Shown here piece by piece: positions 17,813 to 26,072 of a stretch of DNA of 56,832 bases (its first letter is position 1; every line of letters starts with the position of its first letter). The notes under the pieces were generated by a model that did no database searches, was not told the origin of the DNA, and was given only the letters and a program-made list of their open reading frames with translations. The stretch is from IMG/VR virus record IMGVR_UViG_3300009073_000005, positions 1 through 56,832 of that record. One strand, 5' to 3'. The position numbers were made by a program, and so were the translations under genes. Origin of the DNA: a virus.

Positions 17813-18246
17813 GGAATTGAGAAAGACATCCCTCTGTTCTTTTCGATCCGGTTGCTTACATGAACCCATCCGCTTTGAGGGTCTGAGTCGTTATGAAATT
17901 CTAAGATTAGCTGGTCGTAATCTATTATGCCATCCCGTCTTAGCTTTTCGTACACTTGAACTAATTCTCTATTGCTCATGCCGGGACTCTCTGTATCAGC
18001 AGCACTGGCTGTCAGGTGATCGCTAGTTCGCGATCCCCCTGCCTTCTTATTTACCAGGGGTACACGCAGCCCGGAGCTTATATTTAACGGCCTCCCGATA
18101 TAGGTTCGAACCGGCTGTAGGACGCAATGAACCAGACGGGCTATGTTCATTCTTTGAGTAGAGCTTGCGGAATTGTCTATTCCGTGACGTGAAGCTATTT
18201 GTGATCTTGTAAATTCTTTAAGCCAGAAGTCTTTTGATATTCTCAT
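17809..18246 (-). CDS. Peptidase M15 (D-Ala-D-Ala carboxypeptidase-like) cell-wall hydrolase, probable endolysin
   Basis: FWLKEF..SSGLRVPLVNKKAGGSRTSDHLTASAAD..GWVHVS matches the Peptidase_M15_3 zinc-ligand pattern (H..D..H). Confidence 0.7.
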   Translation of the reverse strand: MRISKDFWLKEFTRSQIASRHGIDNSASSTQRMNIARLVHCVLQPVRTYIGRPLNISSGLRVPLVNKKAGGSRTSDHLTASAADTESPGMSNRELVQVYEKLRRDGIIDYDQLILEFHNDSDPQSGWVHVSNRIEKNRGMSFSIP

Positions 18247-18258
18247 CCGATCACAATA

Positions 18259-19647
18259 TCAGATAAGACAAAAATCCGGCTGGTCTTCTGAATCAAGGTG
18301 CCTGCCTATGGCCCAGCACAACGCGTCAAGACGGTCAGGGGAGTACTTAGAAGTCTCAGGAGACCATTGGGTCTGCTCTTGTTCGAGCTCGTCAAATACC
18401 CTTGTGTGATGCACGCGGCCCTGCTCGTAAAGAGCGGATACTGGCTCTGCCCTTAGTCTTTTACCGCGCTTTCCGGTGTATGCGTCATCTATTACGATAT
18501 TCGGGTTTACGCCCTTAAGGATCGTAGGACCCATCTGGCCGCCCTGGTTTTTCTCGAATACGACCTTATCGGCCTGGTATCTCTCATAGGCCAGGTTTAC
18601 TTGCTTTGCCCAGGTTATAGGTGATCCGCTTTTGCTCATATCATCAAGAACCCAGTAATGATAAATATCACCGATCTTTCTTATTCCGACCACGACAATT
18701 CCAGTCATGTTTGTGTCGATATCCCTCTTGGCCTCTTCTATCTGCGGATCGACACCAATAAATACGTGCGAAAACCCCTCCTCCGGGACCGGGAATTTTC
18801 TGCCGCCGTCTATCATATCCAGGGTCCAAAGTGCTCCGGTGACCTCTAGTAAGATCTCCGCGTGTATCTCTTGCTTGCCGATACTCGTTCCTTCGTACTT
18901 TCTCTGCATTTTGCTTAAAAACTTCTTAGATAGATTGTCCTGATTCTCATACATAGATCCACGGATAAGGTGAGTATCTTCGTCCTGTATGATGTCCAGG
19001 ATTGTCTTGTTTACACGGGGGGTGCTTGTTATGAGCACCAGTGGATCGCCGAAGTCCTCAAGGCGAACACAGAACTCAAGCATCTCCCAAACGTAACCAG
19101 AGTTTTTCCACTTACACAGCTCGTCTACCCATGCAAAATTATACTGATAACCGACAACATCGTCAGGCGCGTCCGAAGTGAAAACATAAGCAATCGAACC
19201 ATTGGGCCAGGTTATCTGCCCTTTTGCTGGCTCGTAATGAGGCTCAAACCACGGGGGAGAGTTCTTTATTATGCCAGACTTTCCCTCTATCATGACGCGT
19301 CGGCAGTCTTTGTAGTTCTTGCCCATTATGCAGATAATCGCGCCAGGATTTTTCCATGCGTACTCTATGGTGTTATTTGCGCCCATATGGGTTTTGCCAA
19401 AACCGCGACCGCAGCAGGCAAACACGACGCCCTTTCCGTTGTTCGGCATTCTTTGCTTTGGTCGCGCATTAAGTGACCAGTCGTAACGAATAACGTCTTC
19501 GAGCTTTCTTGGCTTTAATCCGTGCGACACAAGCTCTTTGTTATTCTCTCGGTTTCTCTTGGCCATTTCGTTTAGGAAGTCTGGCCACTTGCCGGTCTCG
19601 ACAAGCTGGTCTTTTAAACTCATGTCTTCAAGCGCTAGAGCCTGCAT
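18259..19647 (-). CDS. terL: Terminase large subunit
   Basis: Walker A CCGRGFGKT, Walker B FAWVDELCKW, C-terminal nuclease-like half. 462 aa, upstream of the portal. Confidence 0.85.
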   Translation of the reverse strand: MQALALEDMSLKDQLVETGKWPDFLNEMAKRNRENNKELVSHGLKPRKLEDVIRYDWSLNARPKQRMPNNGKGVVFACCGRGFGKTHMGANNTIEYAWKNPGAIICIMGKNYKDCRRVMIEGKSGIIKNSPPWFEPHYEPAKGQITWPNGSIAYVFTSDAPDDVVGYQYNFAWVDELCKWKNSGYVWEMLEFCVRLEDFGDPLVLITSTPRVNKTILDIIQDEDTHLIRGSMYENQDNLSKKFLSKMQRKYEGTSIGKQEIHAEILLEVTGALWTLDMIDGGRKFPVPEEGFSHVFIGVDPQIEEAKRDIDTNMTGIVVVGIRKIGDIYHYWVLDDMSKSGSPITWAKQVNLAYERYQADKVVFEKNQGGQMGPTILKGVNPNIVIDDAYTGKRGKRLRAEPVSALYEQGRVHHTRVFDELEQEQTQWSPETSKYSPDRLDALCWAIGRHLDSEDQPDFCLI

Positions 19648-19874
19648 CTTGAGCTGGCCTCGTCGTATAGATTTTCCATAAAATCACACATAGCAAAAAC
19701 ACTTTTGTCCCCGCTGAATATGTAAGAAAGGGCTACGTTTCTCGGGAGCGATAAGGTGCATCCGTAGTGCATGCCCACAATATAAGACTGAAGGATAATC
19801 TCGTTTATAGCGTCAGAAGTGTATCGTCCAAAGCTTGCCAAATTATCCCTCCGCCGGTTCTTCTTCCGGGTCAA
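19635..19874 (-). CDS. Hypothetical protein (79 aa)
   Basis: ORF overlapping both terS-like and terL ends. No motif recognised, so coding status is uncertain. Confidence 0.35.
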   Translation of the reverse strand: MTRKKNRRRDNLASFGRYTSDAINEIILQSYIVGMHYGCTLSLPRNVALSYIFSGDKSVFAMCDFMENLYDEASSRCRL

Positions 19875-20337
19875 CAGTTATGACTTCACCCTCCAGATGT
19901 TCCGGTATCTTTTTTCCTGCCGCCTTCAACATCGCCAGGGCTATGCTTTGAACCACAAGTGGACCGTCATATATCTCGTAGTCTTTCTTTGTCATTTCCT
20001 GATGAACGACTATAGGCGCGTCCGTGCCTTTTGTCTTCGCGATCCTAGACTCTATCTTTACCATCAAGTCCGCATCGCCATTTAACCTTGCAGAATTAAA
20101 CATATCCCTAAGTGATACCAGATTCTCGGTACGCTTACCTATGTCGTCAAACATATTCTCGCCTTCCGTCTTTTTGTCTATGATCATCTTAACGAAGTCG
20201 CGTGCCTGCGCCATAGTTAATCCGTTCTTATCGCATAAGTCATATGCAATATCGATCGGATTTTTGCGCTCCTTGAATCTCTCGACCACGTAGTCGCTTA
20301 ATATGCCACCGTACTGTAAGTCTTCATCCGAAACCAT
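19843..20337 (-). CDS. Putative terminase small subunit
   Basis: 164 aa just upstream of terL. Helical N-terminus with an HTH-like segment (GLTMAQARDFVKMI) and an acidic tail. The call is based on position. Confidence 0.45.
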   Translation of the reverse strand: MVSDEDLQYGGILSDYVVERFKERKNPIDIAYDLCDKNGLTMAQARDFVKMIIDKKTEGENMFDDIGKRTENLVSLRDMFNSARLNGDADLMVKIESRIAKTKGTDAPIVVHQEMTKKDYEIYDGPLVVQSIALAMLKAAGKKIPEHLEGEVITVDPEEEPAEG

Positions 20338-20524
20338 CTATCTGGACCCCTTCTCTCCCCGATGCGCTGCATACGCATTCGCGCATTTCAACATCAAGTA
20401 TCTGTATTATTTCATCTTTTACAGATTTTAGGGCGAGAAAGTAGTCATCCAGAGACGGGTTATCACCGCATCTCTCAAGTGCGCATGTAAATAATTCTTT
20501 TATTGCATTGTCTGGTACGCTCAT
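20324..20524 (-). CDS. Hypothetical protein (66 aa)
   Basis: 4-nt overlap with rusA upstream and overlap with the terS-like gene downstream. Confidence 0.5.
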   Translation of the reverse strand: MSVPDNAIKELFTCALERCGDNPSLDDYFLALKSVKDEIIQILDVEMRECVCSASGREGVQIDGFG

Positions 20525-20997
20525 TCTTCACCCACTATAAACTTATAACCCTTAAACCCTTTGAGGTCACGCGTGTGATGCGCTTGGGCGAAAACTTTAG
20601 TGCTCCAGTGATCGGAAAGAACCTTTTTAACAATTAATGTAGTGACCTGTGAATCATCAAAAAACGCGAGTCCGTTCATCCCGTCGAGTACGCACTTTGC
20701 CAGGTTGTCGCAATCTCCTTTGCTTTTTTGCGTGCATATTGGGCTCCCCAGAATATGCGGCATTTTTTTTATGACAGACTCTGAAGCCTTAAGGTTGAAA
20801 ATTATCTCAACCGAGAATATGTTCTCGAGCGGCTTAATTATGCCTGCGTGCCTCATTTCTCTTTTTATGAGGTTCTGGTGCTTTGTTATCCTTGGGTCGC
20901 GGTAAAACCTTGAGCCAGACTTACGGGTGGATTGTTTCGGGACCGGTTTTCCGGGAACGGTAAACTCGAAGAAGGTCGCGGGGTAATCACCTAGCAC
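20521..20997 (-). CDS. rusA: Holliday junction resolvase RusA
   Basis: FTVPGKPVPKQSTR..DCDNLAKCVLDGMNGLAFFDDSQV is the RusA catalytic Asp pattern. Confidence 0.8.
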   Translation of the reverse strand: MLGDYPATFFEFTVPGKPVPKQSTRKSGSRFYRDPRITKHQNLIKREMRHAGIIKPLENIFSVEIIFNLKASESVIKKMPHILGSPICTQKSKGDCDNLAKCVLDGMNGLAFFDDSQVTTLIVKKVLSDHWSTKVFAQAHHTRDLKGFKGYKFIVGEE

Positions 20998-21155
20998 TCT
21001 TTCGTCTCGTATTCGTAGGCGTCCATGGCGTCTTCAAGTATCTCCAGGAACTCCTCGGCGATATCGTCACGCATTCTTATTTTCATGCTGTCGATGCCCC
21101 TCGCGATCGTCTCACATATAACAAGATCGAAGTCGTTCTCTACTTCCAGTATCAT
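20991..21155 (-). CDS. Hypothetical acidic protein (54 aa; start trimmed to the ATGA overlap)
   Basis: The ATG at 21155-21153 overlaps the TGA of the upstream gene at 21154-21152. Confidence 0.5.
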   Translation of the reverse strand: MILEVENDFDLVICETIARGIDSMKIRMRDDIAEEFLEILEDAMDAYEYETKEC

Positions 21156-21418
21156 ACCAATTTGTCCCCGAGCCAGTTCTGATCGTTTGACCGCCAGCTC
21201 AGTATTTCTTTTTCGCGCATCTTCATTAGGTCGAGGTGCTCCTCGTCCAAATTGCCCTGCATGTGGAGGCATTGCATCTCTAGGTAGTCAATATAAATAT
21301 CAGACTGCTCAAGCGTGAGATCAACGATGTCCACTTTGGGCATGTTCGTGTCAATCTTTTGACCGTTAAGGACACCCCAGCCTTTTCTTTTTGAAAACTT
21401 ACTCATGAAACCCACCAC
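21152..21418 (-). CDS. Hypothetical protein (88 aa)
   Basis: Operon member, overlaps its neighbours. Confidence 0.5.
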   Translation of the reverse strand: MVGFMSKFSKRKGWGVLNGQKIDTNMPKVDIVDLTLEQSDIYIDYLEMQCLHMQGNLDEEHLDLMKMREKEILSWRSNDQNWLGDKLV

Positions 21419-21819
21419 CTCTTAAAAATAAAACCATTATCGATATGATAACCTTCCTGCAATTCCCATTTCATGAAATCAAAAGGAGCCTCTCGGTGAT
21501 CCCTTGAATCAAAAAACAGGACGCTTACACATTCTGATAGCTCATCTAATAATTCTTTAGATTGAAAATCACAAACCTTATCGCCATCAAACTCTACGCC
21601 GACGGCTATTATGTATTTCCTGTATCCGGAATTGTTCAGTCTAGAGCAGCGCTCGCATCCTACTACGTATAGTGAACCATCAACCCTGCCGACAAGGTGT
21701 TTGTACCTAAGACGCCCCCTGGCGTGCCTGGCGCATTCTCGCAGCTTATCGCATATCCTCGGATAAAGAGAATCCATCTCGCCTGAAAGCGCAACCGAAA
21801 ACTTCTCAATCTCTGACAA
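21403..21819 (-). CDS. Hypothetical protein (138 aa)
   Basis: Operon member with a Cys pair pattern (CDKLRECARH..GCERCS). Confidence 0.55.
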   Translation of the reverse strand: MSEIEKFSVALSGEMDSLYPRICDKLRECARHARGRLRYKHLVGRVDGSLYVVGCERCSRLNNSGYRKYIIAVGVEFDGDKVCDFQSKELLDELSECVSVLFFDSRDHREAPFDFMKWELQEGYHIDNGFIFKRWWVS

Positions 21820-22327
21820 TTAATGTCACCCCGAATTCCTTGAATACCTTGTTAAATCTGCTCCTGATTGCCTTGTCCTGACTGAATAAGAAAACCGTGA
21901 CACCCTTCTTTGGTCGCGTGCCTATAGTGAAGTCCGGGCGTACAAACTTTACGCGGCCAGATGGCATGGCCAGGGAGTCGCAGCTCTTCGCGGCTTTTTG
22001 CCACCACTTAACGTCCGTATTCGAGTGCGTTATGAGTATCACGCTCCCGCCACCCCTGACGGAGCAGCACTTATCGACCCACGGCGTAACGTCGCTGAAT
22101 GGTGGGTTTAGAAATACGTTACCGGCCCATGGCTTAGAAAGCCCATCTTCCTCTTTTGTATATATCTCTTTAGCCTTAACTTTGGTGTTGGCCTTGTCAC
22201 ATGAGGCCGGGTCCAGGTCAATGCTTCCACCGAAACACGATCTAGCGGCCTCTGTAACCCATTCAGGCGTGTACCATTCGTCGTTCAAGATACCACCTCT
22301 AAGTCTTCGATGCCGTGCTCGCGGCAA
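21806..22327 (-). CDS. Phage Dam-type DNA N6-adenine methyltransferase
   Basis: DEWYTPEWV..IDLDPAS..LSKPWAGNVFLNPPFS is the pattern of the phage N-6-adenine methyltransferase family (NPPF catalytic motif). Confidence 0.75.
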   Translation of the reverse strand: MPRARHRRLRGGILNDEWYTPEWVTEAARSCFGGSIDLDPASCDKANTKVKAKEIYTKEEDGLSKPWAGNVFLNPPFSDVTPWVDKCCSVRGGGSVILITHSNTDVKWWQKAAKSCDSLAMPSGRVKFVRPDFTIGTRPKKGVTVFLFSQDKAIRSRFNKVFKEFGVTLIVRD

Positions 22328-22476
22328 CGGTCAACCATTCTCGAAAAGTATTCTTCGGGGATCACTGAGTCACAGTTACATACAGTGGTCCAATGCGGTG
22401 GATCATACAAAACCATGTCAACAGAATCTGGTTCGATCTCGACTTCTAAGCAGTCACCGTGCATTAGCTTAATCAT
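22285..22476 (-). pseudogene. N-terminal fragment of a beta-class N6/N4 DNA methyltransferase (63 aa, DPPH instead of DPPY)
   Basis: MIKLMHGDCLEVEIEPDSVDMVLYDPPH is the canonical methyltransferase N-terminus, but the ORF stops 35 aa later. Confidence 0.5.
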
Positions 22477-22891
22477 TATTCACACCGGACCATGACGATG
22501 TGACCTCTATGTCGCATCGTGTTTTTTGGAAATTGTGCGGTATAGGTTCCGCGTCAGCGAGGGCCTTATCGCTTGGACGCCCGCCCCATGAATGAGGCCA
22601 GGTGCATCCGTGATCTACCTGTCGCTCTTTTCGGTAGTCGATTTCCATAGAAAGGAATTCGCGAGACTTTTCGATATCTTCTAATTCTTTTGTTGGGTCT
22701 TTTTTTCCGAGTCGGAAAAGGTACTTAATGCAAGAAGCCAGGGGCCATGACTCGTAAAAGCCAAGCGCCTGGATCAGGTCCTTACATTGTATGTTTACAC
22801 GAACGATGGAGCCGTTAAGCTCCGCCCGTATAGGTAGTTTATAGTGGCTGGGTTCGTGTACATTGTCGTGCATCGTTAGAACATTGCACAA
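22469..22891 (-). CDS. DUF3310-like protein
   Basis: PSHYK..IQCKDLIQALGF..ASCIKYLFRLGKKD..EDIEKSREFL resembles the DUF3310 pattern. The start may be the internal M at 22873. Confidence 0.45.
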   Translation of the reverse strand: MCNVLTMHDNVHEPSHYKLPIRAELNGSIVRVNIQCKDLIQALGFYESWPLASCIKYLFRLGKKDPTKELEDIEKSREFLSMEIDYRKERQVDHGCTWPHSWGGRPSDKALADAEPIPHNFQKTRCDIEVTSSWSGVNND

Positions 22892-23042
22892 TTTTATTTA
22901 TACCACAAGCCAGCGTATTGGATATATCTAAAAACAGATCTGTATCATAATGAATCAAAAATGCTGCCCACTTTTCCTCGGTAAACGTTTTCAGTCTTTC
23001 CAGTTTGTACCTTTTCCCCATGTATTCAAAATTTACTTTCAT
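22839..23042 (-). CDS. Hypothetical protein (67 aa)
   Basis: 4-nt overlap with the recombinase stop. Confidence 0.45.
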   Translation of the reverse strand: MKVNFEYMGKRYKLERLKTFTEEKWAAFLIHYDTDLFLDISNTLACGINKIVQCSNDARQCTRTQPL

Positions 23043-23737
23043 GTTACCCCCGATATGTTGTTTTCTTTTTTTGAATTTCTTAATATGTATCCAACACGCC
23101 TGCTGTTGAATTCCTTACCCGTTCTTGTTTTGTGACCTTCGCTGTCTAGCTCGTTTGCTATCTTTCTGTGCGTGATACCTTTTGACTCCATCTCTAGGGC
23201 CTTCTCCAGTATGTAGGTCTCCATCTTATCGATGACTATGTTTTCACCGTCCGACGTGTAGCCATAGGGAAGGCACCCATCGACTTTGCCGTTCGACCTT
23301 CTGTTCTTTTTGTATGCCCGCATCCTTTCGCTGGCCTTCTCAGACTCATAGGCGGCGAGGCACATCGCGAGAGACCTCATAAGGCGGGCCTCCGGCGTGT
23401 TGTTGTTAAGGCCGACACTCGAAGCCTCCACGAGAAAGCACCCCCTCTTCATTATCATTTTTTCGATATTCAGGGCGTCCCTCAGGTCCCTTGAGAACCG
23501 GCACATCTTGGCAACAAGAACTATATCGCCAGACTCTAAGCTATCAAGCATCTCCGCGAACGCTGGCCGTCTCGACGGGTGCTTTTTTCCAGAAACAGCC
23601 CCGTCTTCGTACACTTTGACATCCAAGATTTCTCTTTCGTCGCAGTATTTTTTACAGGTTGCGATTTGTGTCTCCAGGCCGAGCCTAGTCTCTTTTTGTT
23701 TATTTCCAGAGACCCTTGTGTATATATGCGCCCTCAT
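23039..23737 (-). CDS. Serine recombinase (232 aa; resolvase domain plus a partial recombinase domain)
   Basis: IYTRVSGNKQ (catalytic Ser), GAVSGKK..RRPAF..GDIVLVAKMCRFSRD, then GCLPYGY..RRVGYILRN as seen in large serine recombinases. Confidence 0.85.
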   Translation of the reverse strand: MRAHIYTRVSGNKQKETRLGLETQIATCKKYCDEREILDVKVYEDGAVSGKKHPSRRPAFAEMLDSLESGDIVLVAKMCRFSRDLRDALNIEKMIMKRGCFLVEASSVGLNNNTPEARLMRSLAMCLAAYESEKASERMRAYKKNRRSNGKVDGCLPYGYTSDGENIVIDKMETYILEKALEMESKGITHRKIANELDSEGHKTRTGKEFNSRRVGYILRNSKKENNISGVT

Positions 23738-24222
23738 GCCCGGTCACCACTTATAGCCGAGGCAACGCTCTCGGACAACATAAGCATCCTGGCCGACTCG
23801 GTGAGTGATCTTCCGCCCTTTAGCATTTTTCTTATTTTTGCTCGCTTGGACTTCATGCTGCTGCTGCACGCCTCTGAGCATGTCATTTTTGCCAGTCTCG
23901 GCTTGGGGTCCGAGCTGTGTTTCCTGAAAAAATCACCATCGCACATAATGCAATTTGCGACATTGAACCCCATAGAAACTATAAGAGTGTAACATGCGCC
24001 AAGAAATCGTTCCCTATCAGTAAAGCAAACCTTCGTCTTTCCGTTTTCAGTGCTTATAAGTATCCTGGCGTCGAATGAGGAAATCGCCCTTATATTTTTT
24101 GTTTTTGATATCAGGTGAAGTACGTGATCCATGTCGTGAAGAAGCGAAATACCTCGCCCCATGCCTGCATCAAAAACGTACTCACAAGGAATTTTCTCAA
24201 TTGTCTTTTTTAGATTTGTCAT
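23734..24222 (-). CDS. Hypothetical protein with C-terminal HTH-like segment (162 aa)
   Basis: First gene after promoter Pa, 4-nt overlap with the recombinase. C-terminal KGGRSLTESARMLMLSESVASAI looks like an HTH. Confidence 0.55.
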   Translation of the reverse strand: MTNLKKTIEKIPCEYVFDAGMGRGISLLHDMDHVLHLISKTKNIRAISSFDARILISTENGKTKVCFTDRERFLGACYTLIVSMGFNVANCIMCDGDFFRKHSSDPKPRLAKMTCSEACSSSMKSKRAKIRKMLKGGRSLTESARMLMLSESVASAISGDRA

Positions 24223-24239
24223 TATTGTCTCCCAGTTAA

Positions 24240-24278
24240 ATATTAATCTAGGAAAGCGTCATTGTAAAGTACTTTGAT
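24240..24278 (-). promoter_or_regulatory. Early leftward promoter Pa with palindromic operator
   Basis: Minus strand: TTTACA (24268-24263), 17 bp, TAATAT (24245-24240). Operator TGTAAAGTACTTTGAT at 24263-24278. ACTGGGAG SD downstream. Confidence 0.65.
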
Positions 24279-24315
24279 TCTTTATTTGATCGGGCTTTGA
24301 TTTTAAACAACAAAA

Positions 24316-24332
24316 ACGGGGTAGGCCCCCGT
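24316..24332. terminator. Bidirectional rho-independent terminator
   Basis: Hairpin ACGGGG-tagg(c)-CCCCGT flanked by an A-run on the 5' side and TTTTATTTT on the 3' side. Confidence 0.7.
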
Positions 24333-24366
24333 TTTATTTTGCTTTTCTTATTTGATCGTTATTTGA

Positions 24367-24564
24367 TTACGGCATAAAATAAGCAGACTCTAACTTTGGA
24401 TATCTTGGTTTTTCATCTTCGCTTATGATCTTTGCGATCTTTTCCATCGCGTCTTCAAAGTCGGTGAACGATATACTGAACTCAATATCAGAGTTAGATA
24501 TAACCAGCGAGTTCATCTTGTGTTCTGGCGGGTCAATCTCTATCTGCTGAACGGAGAGGCTCAT
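24367..24564 (-). CDS. Hypothetical protein (65 aa)
   Basis: Last gene of its operon, followed by the terminator. Confidence 0.5.
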   Translation of the reverse strand: MSLSVQQIEIDPPEHKMNSLVISNSDIEFSISFTDFEDAMEKIAKIISEDEKPRYPKLESAYFMP

Positions 24565-24938
24565 TAAAATATATTCCGATATTCAACCGTGACCCCGATG
24601 TCTTCCCAGAACTTTATGCCCTTTTTCATGCCCGCACTTATTCCGAAATCCGTGTACACCGCAGCCAAGGTAGCAGAAGACTCACCTATCTTTAGCCCGA
24701 AGCTTATACCGTCATCTCTCTCTTCTTTGACGAGATCGTTCATGAATCTAGTGTACAAAAGGTGCGACGCGAACGGCACCTCGCCCCTCTCGTACGAGTC
24801 CCTGGCACACTTCATCGCGTATTGCTCGTTTCTCTCAAAATCGCCACCGTACGGTGACTCGATGATCGTTAAAAACTTGTTTTCAACTCTTGGGCCGAAA
24901 AGCTTTCTCTTAACTTTGTTTACTGTCTTCTTGATCAT
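24564..24938 (-). CDS. Nucleoside 2-deoxyribosyltransferase-like (DUF4406-like) protein
   Basis: Start trimmed to an ATGA overlap with GGTGGAG RBS. IIESPYGGD..NEQYAMKCARDSYERGEVPFASHLLY..AVYTDFGISAGM family pattern. Confidence 0.5.
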   Translation of the reverse strand: MIKKTVNKVKRKLFGPRVENKFLTIIESPYGGDFERNEQYAMKCARDSYERGEVPFASHLLYTRFMNDLVKEERDDGISFGLKIGESSATLAAVYTDFGISAGMKKGIKFWEDIGVTVEYRNIF

Positions 24939-25231
24939 GACTCCACCTTCTTTTCGGTAAGCTGTCCGGGCGCGTATCCTTTGTTGCATCTCACCAGATA
25001 CACCTGGTCGAAGCACATCTCGTCAATGACAGCAGCGGTTGCGTTTGTGTACGAGTTGAACTCCATTATGACCTTTGTTTTGTCGTTAGAGATATGAGAC
25101 GAGTGCGTCAGCATGGAGTAGTTATCGAGCCCGCCGTTTTCCTTCATAAAGTCGGCAGCCTGTTGAGTCTTACCAGAACCTGAATGTCCGCAAAATATAT
25201 ATGCCTCACAGCTTGGGTTTTGTTTGTTCAT
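24935..25231 (-). CDS. Small P-loop NTPase (98 aa)
   Basis: Walker A GHSGSGKT. Confidence 0.55.
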   Translation of the reverse strand: MNKQNPSCEAYIFCGHSGSGKTQQAADFMKENGGLDNYSMLTHSSHISNDKTKVIMEFNSYTNATAAVIDEMCFDQVYLVRCNKGYAPGQLTEKKVES

Positions 25232-25233
25232 AA

Positions 25234-25503
25234 CTATGTCCCCTTTCCTAGTTCTTGCTCGTCACGATATTCTTGTATCATGTTCTCGGCCTCGTATATG
25301 CACTCCATTAAAACATCTTCTGCGCTTGCCGTCTCCATAAAGTAGGTATCCACAGACAGTTTGTTGCTTGGCAGCCCGTAGCCGTCCAGGTCAAAAACGC
25401 ACTGAATAACTCCGTCAAAAGTGCTGCCAGATTGCGGCCCCAGCTTCACTATGTCAGCAGAGCTGATCTTATCCTTAAGGTTTATCTCGTTGTATTGGTT
25501 CAT
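25234..25503 (-). CDS. Hypothetical protein (89 aa)
   Basis: Operon member, acidic. Confidence 0.5.
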   Translation of the reverse strand: MNQYNEINLKDKISSADIVKLGPQSGSTFDGVIQCVFDLDGYGLPSNKLSVDTYFMETASAEDVLMECIYEAENMIQEYRDEQELGKGT

Positions 25504-25691
25504 TCTCCGTAATCCTCCAGTATCTGTTCAAGTTCAAGGTGCGATTTCTGCGCCTGAATCATATAGTAGTCATCTTTGTGTGACATCTTGTGATACATTT
25601 TTATATCGTCTCTGAGACCCTGTACCCGCAAACTGTGCCAGCAGAAACCCTTATCCGAATCTTGGCACATTTCATGTATGCAATTTGTCAT
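25500..25691 (-). CDS. Hypothetical protein (63 aa)
   Basis: 4-nt overlaps on both sides. Confidence 0.5.
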   Translation of the reverse strand: MTNCIHEMCQDSDKGFCWHSLRVQGLRDDIKMYHKMSHKDDYYMIQAQKSHLELEQILEDYGE

Positions 25692-25882
25692 TCTAAGCAG
25701 TCCTCCAGATCCTTTATTCTTTCGCCGTGATCTTCTATGGTTAGGTTTGCGGCGTCAATCTCGGACTCCGCCCACTCCACCCAGTCATAAACCGAGTTAA
25801 TCTGGTTATTCTTTAGGTAGGCGTCCACCAAAAGGTATGAAAGAGCGGACCATATCAATATTTCTCTAATAGTTTTAATCAT
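25688..25882 (-). CDS. Hypothetical small membrane protein (64 aa)
   Basis: N-terminal hydrophobic helix ILIWSALSYLLV, 4-nt overlap. Confidence 0.5.
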   Translation of the reverse strand: MIKTIREILIWSALSYLLVDAYLKNNQINSVYDWVEWAESEIDAANLTIEDHGERIKDLEDCLE

Positions 25883-26072
25883 CTAATTCTACCCCGATTT
25901 TTCCGTTAACAACTACGGCGTACGAGAGCGGCATCTCCTCGCGAATCGTCCGTGAAAGCTGGTACAACTCGTCTTTTGAAAAGTTCTCTGCGTTTATTAT
26001 GTACTTCTTGCCATCGACAAGCTCAAATACATTCAAGCCGGAATTATCCCTTATCGTTATTTCTTTTTTCAC
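25875..26072 (-). CDS. Hypothetical protein (65 aa)
   Basis: Operon member. Confidence 0.5.
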   Translation of the reverse strand: MKKEITIRDNSGLNVFELVDGKKYIINAENFSKDELYQLSRTIREEMPLSYAVVVNGKIGVELDD

